Notes: generated by a model not told the origin, from the sequence alone. A stretch of 63,175 nt of DNA, filler included, from Conidiobolus incongruus B7586 (GCA_000697335.1; 7 parts of 7 records of this genome joined end to end with filler, not necessarily neighbours in it), one strand, 5' to 3'; counted from the first letter of the whole stretch, positions 1-13,940 are shown. A program made the numbers and translations.

Positions 1-952
1 AAAACCTGTTAAAATCTAGAAGATTAACTTTAACTGTTACTCTTTCAATTATAAATAGAGTGAAAAAATATATTGAAAAGCACCTTTTTATTTCAGCTAG
101 AGAATTATCTAAACACTTTAATATTAGTTTTACAAGTATTTTATATATTTTAAAGTTCAAACTAAAATTAATAAATAAAAATATAAAATAGGTACCTTAT
201 AATTTAACTAAAGCTTAAAAAAAAGCTAGAGTAGCTATTGCTAAACAAAACTTATTGAAATATTACCAGAAGTTTAAATTTTACAGTGAATAATTACAAT
301 TAATGAATCTTAAATCCCTATGTATAATCCTTTACTAAAACACAAATCAAGATGCTAAATTAAGCTAAATCAACCCCTTCTACAAATCCCTTTAAATAAG
401 TATTTTGTTAATAAACAAATATTAATTATTGTAATAGATTATAATGTTATATGCTATTCTTATTTAGTTCCTAAAGGAAAATTAATTAATAATAAACTAT
501 ATATTGCTTTTTTAAATAAAAGTATTTCTAATTGGTATTCTCAATATAATTTGAGAAGACCTATTATTTTGCATGATAATTACAAAATACATAAATCTAA
601 AGCTGTAAAAAACTTTCTAATTAAAAATAACTAGAAAAAACTACCACATCTAGTATATTTCCCTGATTATTACCTATGTAATTATAATTGCTTTAGGCAA
701 TTAAAAAACCAGCTTGCAGGAAAGAAAATTTTTGCAAAAAAATTTAATTGGTTTGTGAAACATCAAATTTCAGTCTTTAATAAAAAGAATTGTTTTTTAA
801 GTGTTAGAAGTTTGCTAAAAGTATAGCAAAAAGTTATTAATAATAAAAGAAACTATTAAATTTATATTATATATCTATTTTATATATCATATATTCAAAT
901 GTTTATTTATTTTTAATCACAAAAAATTCCCATTATTAAAAATGCAAAGTAA
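1..952 (+). mobile_element. Mariner DNA transposon, subfamily B, 3' part (cut by window start), inactivated
   Basis: Homologous to the other copies. Transposase remnant reads IILHDNYKIHKS...LPHLVYFPDYYLCNYNCFRQLK with stops. Ends in TIR AATTCCCATTATTAAAAATGCAAAGTAA followed by TA (953-954). Confidence 0.9.
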
Positions 953-1029
953 TATATTAAATTATTATCTCAAATTTTAAACTATAAGCCTATTTAAAGA
1001 TCAACTTTAAATAAAATATTTAAAACATA

Positions 1030-1620
1030 ACTTAGAGAAATAAATATATATTTTAAAATTAATACTCTCTTTTATTATCAATATAAATCTAACACCTAAA
1101 ACATAACCCTTTTTATAAAAGCCTGAAATTAATATTTATTAAATTTAATTATTTGCAAAAATTTTCCTTTTTTAAAGCATATCCTTTAATTTTCTAAAGC
1201 AATTATAATTATATCAGTTATAAATTAGTTATAATTCTTAATATGGTGGCTTTTTCCAGATATTTTAATTAGAAAAAACTTTAAAACATTATTTTTATAT
1301 ATATTATATTTTTTTATAAAAATCAACAAGTATTTCTATTCTATAATAAGAATATCAATCAGAAATTATTTTATTTAAAAAATTATATAAAATTTATCTT
1401 TAATTGATATGTTTTTAGGAACTAAAAAAACCATATATATATATATATATATATATGATTTATCATAATAATCAATCTTAATATATTAATAAAATATTAA
1501 TTTTTAAAATTTATAAAAGGTGCTTTTTTGACCTAATATTTAATTTTAATTTTAAATAAACAACTGATATAATGAAATTTAAAGTTGATTATTTATAATA
1601 ATTAAATATAAAAATCATTG
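1030..1620 (-). mobile_element. Older, highly degenerate mariner relic
   Basis: Aligns by eye with the minus-strand copy at 52960-53365 (atctaacacctaaa, aagcaattataat, ttttaattagaaa, taggaactaaa). Boundaries approximate. Confidence 0.6.
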
Positions 1621-2109
1621 CTTTTAGCTATATCTTATTTTATATATATTATATTTTTCAAATTAAAAAAAATATTACAAAAATCATAAATTAAAGAAAT
1701 TACAATTCTTTTTAAATTAATAATATTTAAAAAAATTTTAATCATAATATTTTTATATTATAATATCCAAAAACTAAAGATAAAATAATTACAAATTTGC
1801 TTTTTTTAAAATAATGGCTTTATTATCCCATCCATCATATAAACCAAACTTGAATTCCTGTTGTTATAATTGTTTTGGTAGGTTGAAAAATTTCAATTAA
1901 AGAAATGTATTTGATGACATTAATTATGTAAAATTAAGCGTGGAATTCTCAAGAAAAAATTAAAAAATAGATATTTAAAGGGATTGAACGATTAGCATTA
2001 ATATGGAGCCTTGTTATTAAATATTCAGGAAAGTATTAAATAATCAATTTGAACTATTTTGGTTTATATTTTTATATAGTACTACAATAGAAATATAAAA
2101 TTAATATAC

Positions 2110-2775
2110 TTATTTTTTGTACCATTATATAATCACTTTTCCATATCGTAAATGATAAATCAAACGAAATGGGGTTGGCTGATATTCAGTCATCCAATGC
2201 AAAAATATATAAAAAAATTTTATATTAATATAATCAGGTTCCTTAAATTTTTCACAATTAGCCTTTTTTACAGATTTCGTTTGTTTACTGATTTAATGTG
2301 ATTTTATTATATCATGAAATTAATAACGAATTTCGGGATTTATACCTTAATCAGAAAGGATTTCAAAACCGTTGTCAGGTAGATCTTCATGATAGAATAT
2401 CGTTTTTTCTAAGCACTTGGTAGAGCCATTGTGTTTTTGAATTTCATATAACAAACTCCTCACAACAAATATTGGACCTCTATTTTCCCTAAATTTACTC
2501 TGCAATTTGATTTGTACATCTATGTGATTGGAGATTTTGGACTTCATCATTATTTAAAAAGATAAATATTTTAAGTAAATTCAGTTTACCAGTCATTTTA
2601 TGCTTTTTCCTACCATCAATAATGTTAAGTTGTGAATCCAAAGCAGTGTTATAATATTTAATATCCTTACTCAATATTTTTGGATTTTGCAGTTTTTTGG
2701 TGCTGCTTGTATTTGAACTAATATCTTACCACTTTCATTTTGATTCAATGAACCTAACCCCACCGTTTGTATCAT
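2110..2775 (-). pseudogene. SABATH-like methyltransferase relic (copy 1)
   Basis: Remnant first exon MIQTVGLGSLNQNES|GTAAG, second exon YYNTALDSQLNI, then FYHEDLPDNGFE and LHWMTEYQPTPFRLIY, all matching the intact paralogues. Stops and frameshifts present; 3' part not recognisable. Confidence 0.8.
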
Positions 2776-4186
2776 AACTCTTTCCACTTTCAGCAATATA
2801 TTTTTAAAGAATTGATATCAATATTTTCATCAGGTTATTATAAAATAGTCTTATTAATTTTCTATTCTGGGTTATTGATAACCAGTTCAATTTGCATCAA
2901 ATAGGGATTAGATTTTTGGTGCATTTTTTTAAGTCATTGAGCACTTTTTATATAAAATTTTGATATGGTATATATTGAGATAATATCAAATTTTATAATT
3001 TGAATCATCAAAATTAGATAACAAATTGATTCAAGTCGAATATGAAGATTACATTTGAAATACTAATAGAAAATAATCAAATTGAAAAGAAATAATAACT
3101 TAGTACATTAATATTGGTATAAATTAATATTTAATACAAGTAAAATATAGGAAACTTAATACTTATAATCTCTATTTCAATATCCATTACATAATTCTTA
3201 TATATTTATTATAAAAATAATTTAAATAATTTAATATTTTTTAAATTATCATTAAATTTAAATATATAAAAATTTCATTAAAAATATTTTCAATTATTAT
3301 AATGTTATCAACAATTGAAGATCCTCGAATTTAATAATCATATTTATCTTATGAACCTCAACAATTTAGCTCATAGTTATAAAATATATTAACTTGAAAT
3401 ATTATTTATTTTTTTTTCAAATTTGAGAAGATAAATATTTATTCTTAATATTAAAAGCAAATCAAATCATATCTAAATATATTAAATGATGCTTTTATAC
3501 TCTAATATTAAAATTTGCAATAAAGTTGAAAACTGAAAAAATATATTAAATAGTTTCAAAAGTTATATATCTCAATTGATTTTAAGTTTTATTCTTTTAC
3601 TTTATGAAATTAGAAATATTATTGTAAATGCTATATATTTATGTTCAATAAATATATATTTAATATCATTTAATTTTCTATTTATGTTATGAGGTATTAG
3701 AAAAAAATGATAAATAACTAGAGTGGAACTTAATTGATTTAATCAATAAAGATACATATATATTTTTATTTATACTTTTAAATAATATACAAATAAGATA
3801 TAGAAAATAACTGCTAAGCTCTGATTAGTATTTTTTAGTGGATATTCATAAATATATAAAATTAATATATCTGTTAACACTTTAAATAAAATTCTTAAAA
3901 TAGTTTAATAAGGCATATATGATAATTTTAACAATAGGTATAACTTTTCCATAATTAATAATTTAGTATCTATAAATTTCAATTGGGTATAAAATATATC
4001 AAGTTAATTACTATATTTGATCTCATTAATAGTAAAAGGGGAATTAAGGATAACAATTCAACTAAAGAATATATAAATCAAAATATTCTTTTCAAGAATG
4101 GTATATATCTTTTTGACCAGGTAGAAGTAAATGGCTATATTATATAGAGTTATTATATATATGAGTAAAAATTATTGATTTATTGC

Positions 4187-5320
4187 TTATAATCTCTGTA
4201 GCACAATCCATTCAAAAGTCATTTTACAATCTTTATACTCATGCTCACCGAATAATACATTTTCAAATTCACCATAAAATTTCTGAATAGACGCCTCATG
4301 AGAAAATGTTGATGATATTGAGCCAATTCCACAACAATTTGATTGTACAGATCAGCTTTAAGTTGAGCTGGAGTCACCTTCGAATATTCATTTATAAACC
4401 CAGATCTGATAACTTTAAGTTTAGAATCGAGTTTGTTGAACAATCCTTGTACACTTTCTCTAGTCCTGTAATAAATTGCAATATAAACTTTGTCAAAATC
4501 CTTATATCCTGCCCTCGCTTTTTAGATACCGCAGTCCAGGCATCATCCATCCAATTCAAAGTGCTTGCGTCAGTCATTATATTGAAACTTAGTAATCCTG
4601 ATTGTTTCAATTCATCATATCGAAGATTGAGCCACTTAGCTAAACGCTTTTGTGATAAACCACCAAACCATTTAGTCAATTCCACGTCTCCATATTATGA
4701 ATCATAAACCAGATCATATGGAGTTGAACGATATTGATGTATCCAGTGGAATGGATTATAACAGAATGTAATATCTAAGCTATTTGATTGGACAATTTTC
4801 TAGTAGTAAGTTTTACCTATACAATTAGTTTCAACAAATATTATTAGATTTTACCAATTCATGGAAAAGATAACTAATTTGAGGACCCATCACACATCCT
4901 TTAAGTACTATAAAATCATTATTAGGTAAGTTTTCATGATGAAATACCATTTACTTAAAGTTTTTGATATAGCCATCTCGCTTTTGAATTTCATCTAATA
5001 GATCTTTCTTAATGAACATGGAATTTCTAACAGCACTGCAACCGAAATCAATAATTTCAATAGTATCATTGTGTGAAGGTAATAATGGAACTATAACATA
5101 TAAAAATATCCTATGTAGTATCAATTTAATTTTTCCACATATCAGCTGATTGGATATTTTCTTTCTCGGCTTGGATAAACTTAAGTTAGATAGCGGGAGC
5201 ATTATTAAAATCTTTCATATTTTGCTGACTAATCCAAATTGATTGATATTAATCATATAAATTAAAAAACTATCTTAACACTCTCATTTTCGTTAATAGA
5301 ATTGGATTTTTAGTCTGATT
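4187..5320 (-). pseudogene. SABATH-like methyltransferase pseudogene (copy 2)
   Basis: Collinear with intact copies: MKDFNNA, IIDFGCSAVRNSMF, HHENLPNNDF, LTKWF, FEWIVLQRL*. In-frame stops at glutamine positions (TAA, TAG), second intron donor GT->AT, frameshifts. Confidence 0.9.
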
Positions 5321-6574
5321 TTTACACACTTGATAATATCTGTAATATTAGAACATTAATACTAATTTATATATACATATTTTTTCCATGGTGAATATAA
5401 CTAATAAATAATGTATTCCAAGCAATTTTCATATAGCATATAATGAACCATATAATAACCTCACTCCTCAATATGCTTTATTTAATATTAATTTGTGATA
5501 TAAAATTTAATTTAATTTATCAATTTTATATAAATTTATATATATATATATATATGTTTATATAAATATGGATATCACAACCTACCTATATTAATAAATT
5601 CTTTTCAAATTATAATCAATATTAAATTTAATGCTGAATAATTTTTGATTCATAAATTTTAAACTTAAATGTGAATGAAAATAATGTTAAATTTCAAGAG
5701 TGTGAATCAGTTCAATTTTCTGATACTTTTATATTGCTGTATACATTTCCAAGATATTAATTTAACTACGACTTTAATATAATTTCTAGAATATATTTTA
5801 ACAAATGATAAGGGGTGAAATCTGGTTCTAATTCTGAGATCATCCATTTAATAAAATTAAAAGATAGACATATAAAACCGATTCTAAATTTTGTCTATTT
5901 AAAATTATCTTTTAATTCCTTTAATAAAATCTATATTTTAAAAAAAAAGTTAATTTGTTTTGAATTTTTTGCAGAGAAACTGATGAGTCATATTAATATA
6001 TTCTATAACATTTGAATTTTACTATATATATTCACTAAATTCATTTATAATTAATTATATTATTTAGAAATTAAAATGTTTGTATTGGCACTAATTGGGA
6101 AAGTAGCACTCAGCATAGAAATAATAAATAGGAAAGTGATTTGAGATATTTGGTGATAAAATTGATTGAGGAGTTTATTGATTATATAAAATAGTGGGGA
6201 GGTTCCAGTTCTGACTAATCTTTTGATGAATCATCCAGATTTCCGGTTTATATAATATAGATCGGGTAATGAGATTTTGGAGTTACCGCCATGGGTTGAC
6301 TGAAAATCCGATCAACTAATGAAGTGAATTTGTATGCGAGGGAAAATGATCATTAAATTGGATTGATGTAAGGATACCTGATGTGAGTAGAAGCTCCTAC
6401 CTCGTAATAGTATTAATCAAATATATATTTTTCTATATTGTAATTAGACTTTAAATATGAAAATTTAATTCACTTTCATATTAGAATACAAAATATGAAT
6501 AAAATGGATTTCAAACTAAATAAAAGGAATTAATTTATTTTCAACAATTTCAACTTAAATATTATGTTAAATAT

Positions 6575-7715
6575 TTATAATTTCTGTAAAACAATCCATT
6601 CAAAAGTAACTTCAGACTCAAAATATTCTTTATCTTTAAATAATTCCTGTTCCATTTCATCATAAAATTGATTTCTGGAAATTTCATTTTCAAAGTATTG
6701 AGGATATCTAACTAGTCCCGCTTTGATTTGATTACTGAAAATTGCTCGTATTTCTGCTGGAGATAACTTGGAATGATCTGTTACTTGTTCAGATTTAATA
6801 ACTTTAAATTTGTTATCAAATTTCTGGAGTATTTTGGTCAAATTTTCGCGGGATCTATAGTAAACCGGTACATATACTTCTTCAAAATCAGCATAATTCA
6901 ATCCTCGTTTTTGGAAGATGACAGAACAGGCGTCACTCAACCAGCTAGTTACATTTGCTCTGGTCATAATATTGAAACTAGCTAGACCAGATTTTTTTAA
7001 CTCATCATATCGAATGTTTAGCCATTGAGTTAAATATTTATCAGATATATCGTCAAACCATTTGGTCAATTCTTCATCTCCATATTGTGAATCATAAATC
7101 AAACCATAGGGAGTTGGACGATATTCAGGCATCCAATGTAAAGAGGTATAGCAGAGTGCAATATCGATACAATTAGATTCTACAACTTGTTCGTAATAAG
7201 TCTTTCCAATGCACTCAGTTTGAACAGTAATATTGTTGGATTTTATGAGGTCGTGATACAGATAGCCAATCTCAGGATTCTTTACACAATTTTTAAGAGC
7301 CTCAAAATCGTTGTCTGGCAAATCTTCATGATGAAAAACAATTTTTTTCAAGTTACTGATATAGTCATCTCGCTTTTGAACTTCATCTAATAGATCTCTT
7401 ATAATAAACATTGAATTTCTACCATGACTACATCCAAAATCAGCGATTTGAATCGTACCATTATGTGAAGGAAGTAAAGCAGCTAAAAAATATTTAATAT
7501 TAAATAGTATTTTACATAATATGATTACCAGCTAGTTCAATATTTCCTCTACCGCCTCTCGAAATATTGAGTTGGTTTGAAGAAGCGTTATTATAATCTA
7601 CCATACTTTTACTTGCTATATAATTTATTATTAGTTAGTTTATTGAAAAGATTATCATCAAATCCTTACCACTCTCATTTTGGGTAATAATATCGAATTT
7701 TTCTATTTGATTCAT
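6575..7715 (-). CDS. SABATH-family SAM-dependent carboxyl methyltransferase (Methyltransf_7), ~346 aa, 3 exons
   Basis: Exons 7670-7715, 7529-7615, 6575-7482 join in frame across GT-AG introns. Motifs DYNNASSNQ, IADFGCSHGRNS, HEDLPDNDF, GKTYYEQV, CYTSLHW match SABATH motifs (Y..NS..Q, IADLGCS.G.NT, NDLP.NDF, GSFY, SLHW). Confidence 0.88.
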
Positions 7716-9498
7716 TATCTTAATAAATATGATAGTAATATTAAGATTATATGTAACAATATTATAATTTTGAATACGTCAGAGCTTTATATAATTTTCC
7801 TGGATAATAAGTATGGTAGCACAATAAGATCAAAATCATCAAGATCAAATAGTTTCAATTCCCGATTTGTAAATTCAAATTAGGTTGAATTTGTTTATAA
7901 TAGTAACAAAATTTTATGGTATGCATTAACCTAATAAAAACTTGTTTAATATATAATAGTAATATAATATATTTGTATTTTCAATCCATTTCACTATAAT
8001 TAAATTAATAATGAATACAAGGTTTTATCACTTTAATAAGGTTAGAGTGCTCGAATATTTTTTCATAATAGTATGAGATTTGAAATTATAGTGAAAATAG
8101 TTTCATTTCAATTCTTCAAAATCTACAAATTAGAAATTAAGTTGATAACGAATTCTAACAAATTTTAAATAGTTGGAAATTATAGGTTATATTATGATAA
8201 TTTTCATGAAAATTTGAAATTTTAAATTGATATATATAAATTTTCAATATAATTTTTTTCTCATAATACATATTTATTTCTCATTAATTTTACTGATAAT
8301 TTAAATTCTTATTATACTTGAAATCAAAATACTTTTTTAATCCTTAATAATCATATTGAATATTCTCAAAATACTCAGACAAGTTTTATTTTAACCTAAC
8401 TATTAATACAAATACAATAGGATATGATTTGATTTTATAAAATTTACTAACAGCATTTCCACTAAATTCACTATATATACAATTTTAGTTTTGATTAATA
8501 TATTAACAATTGTATCATTATAAAATTATTCCTGAATTTTAATATAATTTTTTTGTGTAAAGTGAAATCAGTGGATGGGTTCTGTAATACCAATATCCTT
8601 ATTAATTTTATATCCAATCATTTCCTTTGAAAATCAAAATAGTTATAAAATTATTTCTTTACATCTTAAGAATTGAATTTATTATAATATAATTAAATTT
8701 AAAATATTAAATTTGAAATTGGGAGAAACTCTAGTTATCAGTCCTTTCGGAATTCAACTCCGTAATTTTAATGTAAAATTATATTTCATTAGTCTCTTGG
8801 CTATTAACACTTTCATCCTGTTGGATATATTGATTTGGAATTAGGATCATACCATCAACTAGTATGTGAATTATTTTTATCAAAGCAAACTTTGGTAAAT
8901 ATGCTTTATAATTAAATAATTAAAAATTTAATATTGATTAATCATTAGTTATTCAATATTTATTTAATTTATTTAGCAAAGGAGTTGTATAATTTTTGTC
9001 TATTTTTATTTTCATCTAAAAGGAAATAAATCAACATTAAAAATTATATTCCAATAATTATTTTCTGTCCACTAGCTTTAAGCCTTAATGTATTTCCTAA
9101 ATAATAAATTAAATACATATATTTTTATCTCATGGTATTACATTTATATCTGATTACTAACTTTGATATCAAAATTTCAAACCAAATCTGTTTTATTGTC
9201 CTTTATTATATTTTCATTTTTTGACTTTAATAATATCTTTTAATATATATTTATCAAAACTTTTGTAATTTTGATATTGATATTTTGACATTTACAATTA
9301 TCTAATAATATTATAGTATAACTCTTATAGTTTGTTAAATGATTAAATATTAATTTATAATAAAATACAATTTCAAAATATTTAATGTTTTATTTTTTTT
9401 ATATTTTGGGATAAAGTTTCAATAAAAGTGTATACTACGCTTTGAAAATAAATCAAGTACATTTATGAATTAAGTATAACTGAAAATATATATTATAT

Positions 9499-10664
9499 TT
9501 ATAATTTCTGTAACACTATCCATTCAAACTTAATTTCAGACTCTCTAAATCCTTTGACTTTAAACAATTCTTGCTCTAATTCGTCATAGAGTTTGATTCT
9601 CGAGGCTTCATCCTTAAAATGCTCAGGATATTGAATTAATCCAGCTGTTATTTGGTTGTAAAAAGCTGCTCTAAATTCAGTTGCTTGGATTTTAGAATAA
9701 TCGGTCAACTCTTCAGATCTGATTACTTTATATTTAGAGCTGAAATTCTTCAATATGTTTTTAATATTTTCGCGTGATCTATGACCAAATGGTATATATA
9801 TATTGTCAAATTCTCTATAATCTAACCCTCTTTTTTTAAATACTGTAATCCATGCATCATTTACCCACTTATTATTATTGGATTCCGTCATTAAATTGAA
9901 GCTGACAAGTCCGGATTCTCTCAACTCTTCATATCGAAAGTTTAACCATTGAGTTAAATATTTGTCCGATAAATCATCAAACCATTTGGTCAATTCTTCA
10001 TCTCCATATTGTGAATCATAAATCAAACCATAGGGAGTTGGACGATATTCAGGCATCCAATGTAAAGAAGTATAGCAGAAAGCGAAATCAATGCTATTGG
10101 ATTCGAAAATTTGTTGATAGTAACTCTTTCCTACGCATTCAGTCTGGACATTGATATTTTTAGATTTGACTAGATCGTGATAAAGATACCCAATTTCAGG
10201 ATCTATGACACATCCCTTAAGTGCATCAAAATCGTTGTCTGGCAAATCTTCATGATGAACTATAATGTTCCTAATGGTTTTGCTATAATCATCACGCTTT
10301 TGTATTTCATCTAACAGATCTCTCATAACAAACATAGAATTTCTACCATGACTACAGCCATAATCAGCAATTTGAACAGTGCCATTGTGAGGAGGTAACA
10401 AAGGAACTACAACAAATTTTAATTGAAAATAAATTATAATAGCATCAATTCCGCTTACCAGCTAGTTTAATATTTCCTTTGCCTTCTTCAGTAATTTGGC
10501 GCTGCAAAGTAGAAGCATTATTATAATCTTTCATACTTCTACTCACTATATAAATCTTTATTAGATCCTAACCTTGCATCGTGAAATAAACTATTTAACT
10601 TACCAGTCTCATTCTCTTGGAAAAAATCTAAACTTTCAGCTTGAAAGGTTTCTTGTTTCATCAT
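9499..10664 (-). CDS. SABATH-family SAM-dependent carboxyl methyltransferase (Methyltransf_7), ~351 aa, 3 exons
   Basis: Exons 10604-10664, 10459-10545, 9499-10406, with the same intron positions and phases as the 6575-7715 paralogue. Motifs DYNNASTLQ, IADYGCSHGRNS, HEDLPDNDF, GKSYYQQI, CYTSLHW. Confidence 0.88.
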
Positions 10665-12949
10665 ATTTTGAATTCAAAGTTAACACTTTGATTAAAGCTT
10701 TAGAGGTTAATTTATATTGACCTTGGTTTGTTATACACATGTTAAAATAATTTTACACCTTGTTTCAATTCAAGTATTTTTCTTCTCTGTTTATTAAAAA
10801 TAAGTAGTTTAAAGTTAAATTTTATAGCTTCTATATTATTATCATTATTATTTTGATAAATTGGAAAAGAGTAAATATCGATTTTTCACTATACTGATAT
10901 ATACTGATGTATATTGATATAATATTTATATTTTTTTATAATTTTTTATTTTCTCAGGTATAGAAATTAATTATAACTTTTGAAATTGTCAAATATTGAT
11001 AAATAGTTTTTCCGATTATGCCATAGAATTTATCATAAAAGTCACCTTGAAAATTTTTTTAATTGTTAATCTTTTGTCAAATAATTTCTGCTAAGTAACC
11101 ATTTTGCTCTTGTATATATGAATATTTTGATGAAAATTTTTGTAGAAAAAACATTGATATGAAATATTTTAAAAAATTATTTATATTTTATAGTATATCA
11201 ATCATTATTGAATTGATATATATTTATTACTTTAATTTCTTTTGCAATGATTTACTTTAAGAATATTATTAATATCTGAATCATTTTAAATCTATAAATC
11301 AGACCATATGATGGTTTTTAAATTTACAATTTAACCTCCATAAACCACCTAAATATAAAGAGGCCACACATTTATTGCTAATTAATAAGCGTATTAGTAA
11401 TTTTTAATAGATAATGTATGATAAAGTTAATATTAAATCATTTTAATAAAAATATAGTCAAAGCTTAGATTTTTTAATTTGATAAGTAAATAAAAAATTA
11501 TTTTGTGATTTATACAGGATATGTAGTGTTGATATTTAAGAATTGTATAAACCATAATTTAGCCACTCACTCAAATTAATCAATTTGTTCGATAATTAGC
11601 ACAGGTTCAACCCTAATATTGTTAATATCCACATTAATAATATTATTTTTATTTAATGCTTTGATTGTCATTATATAATATAAATATCAAATTATTTCTC
11701 GAATAAGCTTTCATCTTTTATTGATATATCATGATAATATAAATTATAATTGATATCTATTGATAATTAATTATAACAATATTTTATAGGTATTTATAAA
11801 ATATTTTAAGAATATTTATAATTGAATTGAAAAACCTGAAATAATATGAGCTGATGTATTATAATTTTTATATTATATTTAACCAGTATAAATATTACCA
11901 TTAAATATGTAAAATATAAAAAGTTTTGTAATAAATATTAATTTAGCAAAACATTATGATAATCTTTAAAATATTGACTATATATTAATCCAATGATAAT
12001 TTCTCAAAGCAAATCCATTACTATATTATTATAGATAATTTGACATTTATAAATATCATTTCAATTGAAAAAATTTGAAAATTCAAAATATTTAATATAA
12101 AAATTTTATTCTATTTGAATGATGTAATTCTCGAATTGTCAAATATTTTAGAATATTGTTTGTTTTATTTTTTATATAATTAATTTAGTATCAATATATA
12201 TATTCAAGGAATATTATTAAATTCAGGTGACATTATAATATAAAATATATTTAATCCTGATTGATATCATAAATCTCACCTTTTTAATATCAAAACAAGT
12301 ATAAAAATAAATACTTCTTTTAATGAATTTGATTAATTTTTAGTTGTTACTTTAAGAGATATACTTATATATTAATAATAGATCATTCCTTTGAAAAAAA
12401 TCAAATATTAGAACCTTTTCATTATTTTTGAATAATATATATTGTCGAAATTCCAGATTGTTAATTATAAAACGAAACCGACTTTAGCTCAAGGATATTG
12501 GACTTTATAGCAATTAATTGAAACTTATGATATATTAAGTGATTTATCAATCAAATATAATACATAGAAATTCAAAGTTCTATAATGATTAGATAAATTA
12601 ATGATCTAAAAGTGATATTATTATTAATTTATTATAATTTTTTAACATTACATATATCATATATTGATAATTTTTGAAACTTATAATAATAATTTCTCAT
12701 TTTAATTATTTGATTATATTAATAGTACTATTTTATTAATAAGATAGAAATTTATAAATTATGGTGTAAATTTAAATTAATTTAATACATTAAAGCTCTT
12801 TTTATTATTAATATGATTACAAAGTGAAATTCGTTTTGAATATATATGTTCATATTATAACTATTATTCATTTAATCAAGTTTCTGATATATATTAAAGA
12901 AATAAAAAATAATTCAACCTAAAATTAGTTTAATTAATAATTATAGAAA

Positions 12950-13940
12950 TTATTTTCAGCATATATCTTTTAATATCAGAATATTTAAATTATTATTTGA
13001 AAATTTGATAATAAATATTCCATAAAATCATTAAATTGAATATTTTACAAATGACTTAACAAAAATTAATTCCATATAATTCAGCTTTATTGAATAATAA
13101 TATAAAAATATGCTCACTGCATTATAATAATTTCTATCATGGATTCATTATCCATATAACCTTTTTGAATAACTCCTCTTCTGAATTATTATAGGTGGTT
13201 TATAATAAAATGGAATATAAAATTTATCAAAATATGGGTCAGTAAATAGTAACAGTTTCAATACTATAGACAATATTTTTTATTGGTTATTAGTGAATAT
13301 TGCCATAGTATTGGAGCTGAATAATCTGAATATTTTCAATTACTTATATAAATAATATAATTATTAATTTGAGCATTTATCTGATAAATCCTCTAGCAAT
13401 TCAATAAAATGTTTCTCTTCGTATTGGAAATTTTGAAGAAAATCATATTGAGTTGGCGAATATAATTATATCTAATGTAGAAAAATCTAACAGGAAGCAA
13501 AAACAGCATTATTAAATTTAATTATTTATTAATAATCCGTATATCTTATACACTCGGTTTGGATATCAATATTCTAAGACATACCAAATCGTGGAATTAG
13601 CAGCTGATTTCAGAGTTCATTAAACATTGTTTACCTGATTGAATATTATTGTCAGCCAAATCTAAAGGGTTAATTAAAATCATCTTAATAATCTTTTTAT
13701 AGTTTTCGATTTGTCTGATTTTCATATTGCAAATCTTTTATTTTATGCATAAAGTTTTCCAAATCATTACATTTAAAAATCAGCAACTTATATAATACCA
13801 TCATGAGGTGAATGTAATGAAACTAAAGTATAATGAACTTTTACCCATATATTATCTAATGGGATATTTCCTTATCTTCCTTCAATAATTTTATTTTGAA
13901 AATTAAATGCATTATCTAGTTTTATATAACCTCATTAACT
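12950..13940 (-). pseudogene. SABATH-like methyltransferase relic (copy 5), absent from ORF track
   Basis: Reverse strand reads DNAFNFQNKIIE..GNIPL, intron remnant, then VSLHSPHDGII*VADF and DLADNN. 13290-13510 aligns at nucleotide level with ~9880-10100. Many stops; boundaries approximate. Confidence 0.7.

Noticed and set aside
4306..7883. Plus-strand ORFs 4306-4707, 6773-6985, 7187-7390, 7680-7883
   Set aside because: Antisense shadows of the methyltransferase genes with no motifs of their own.
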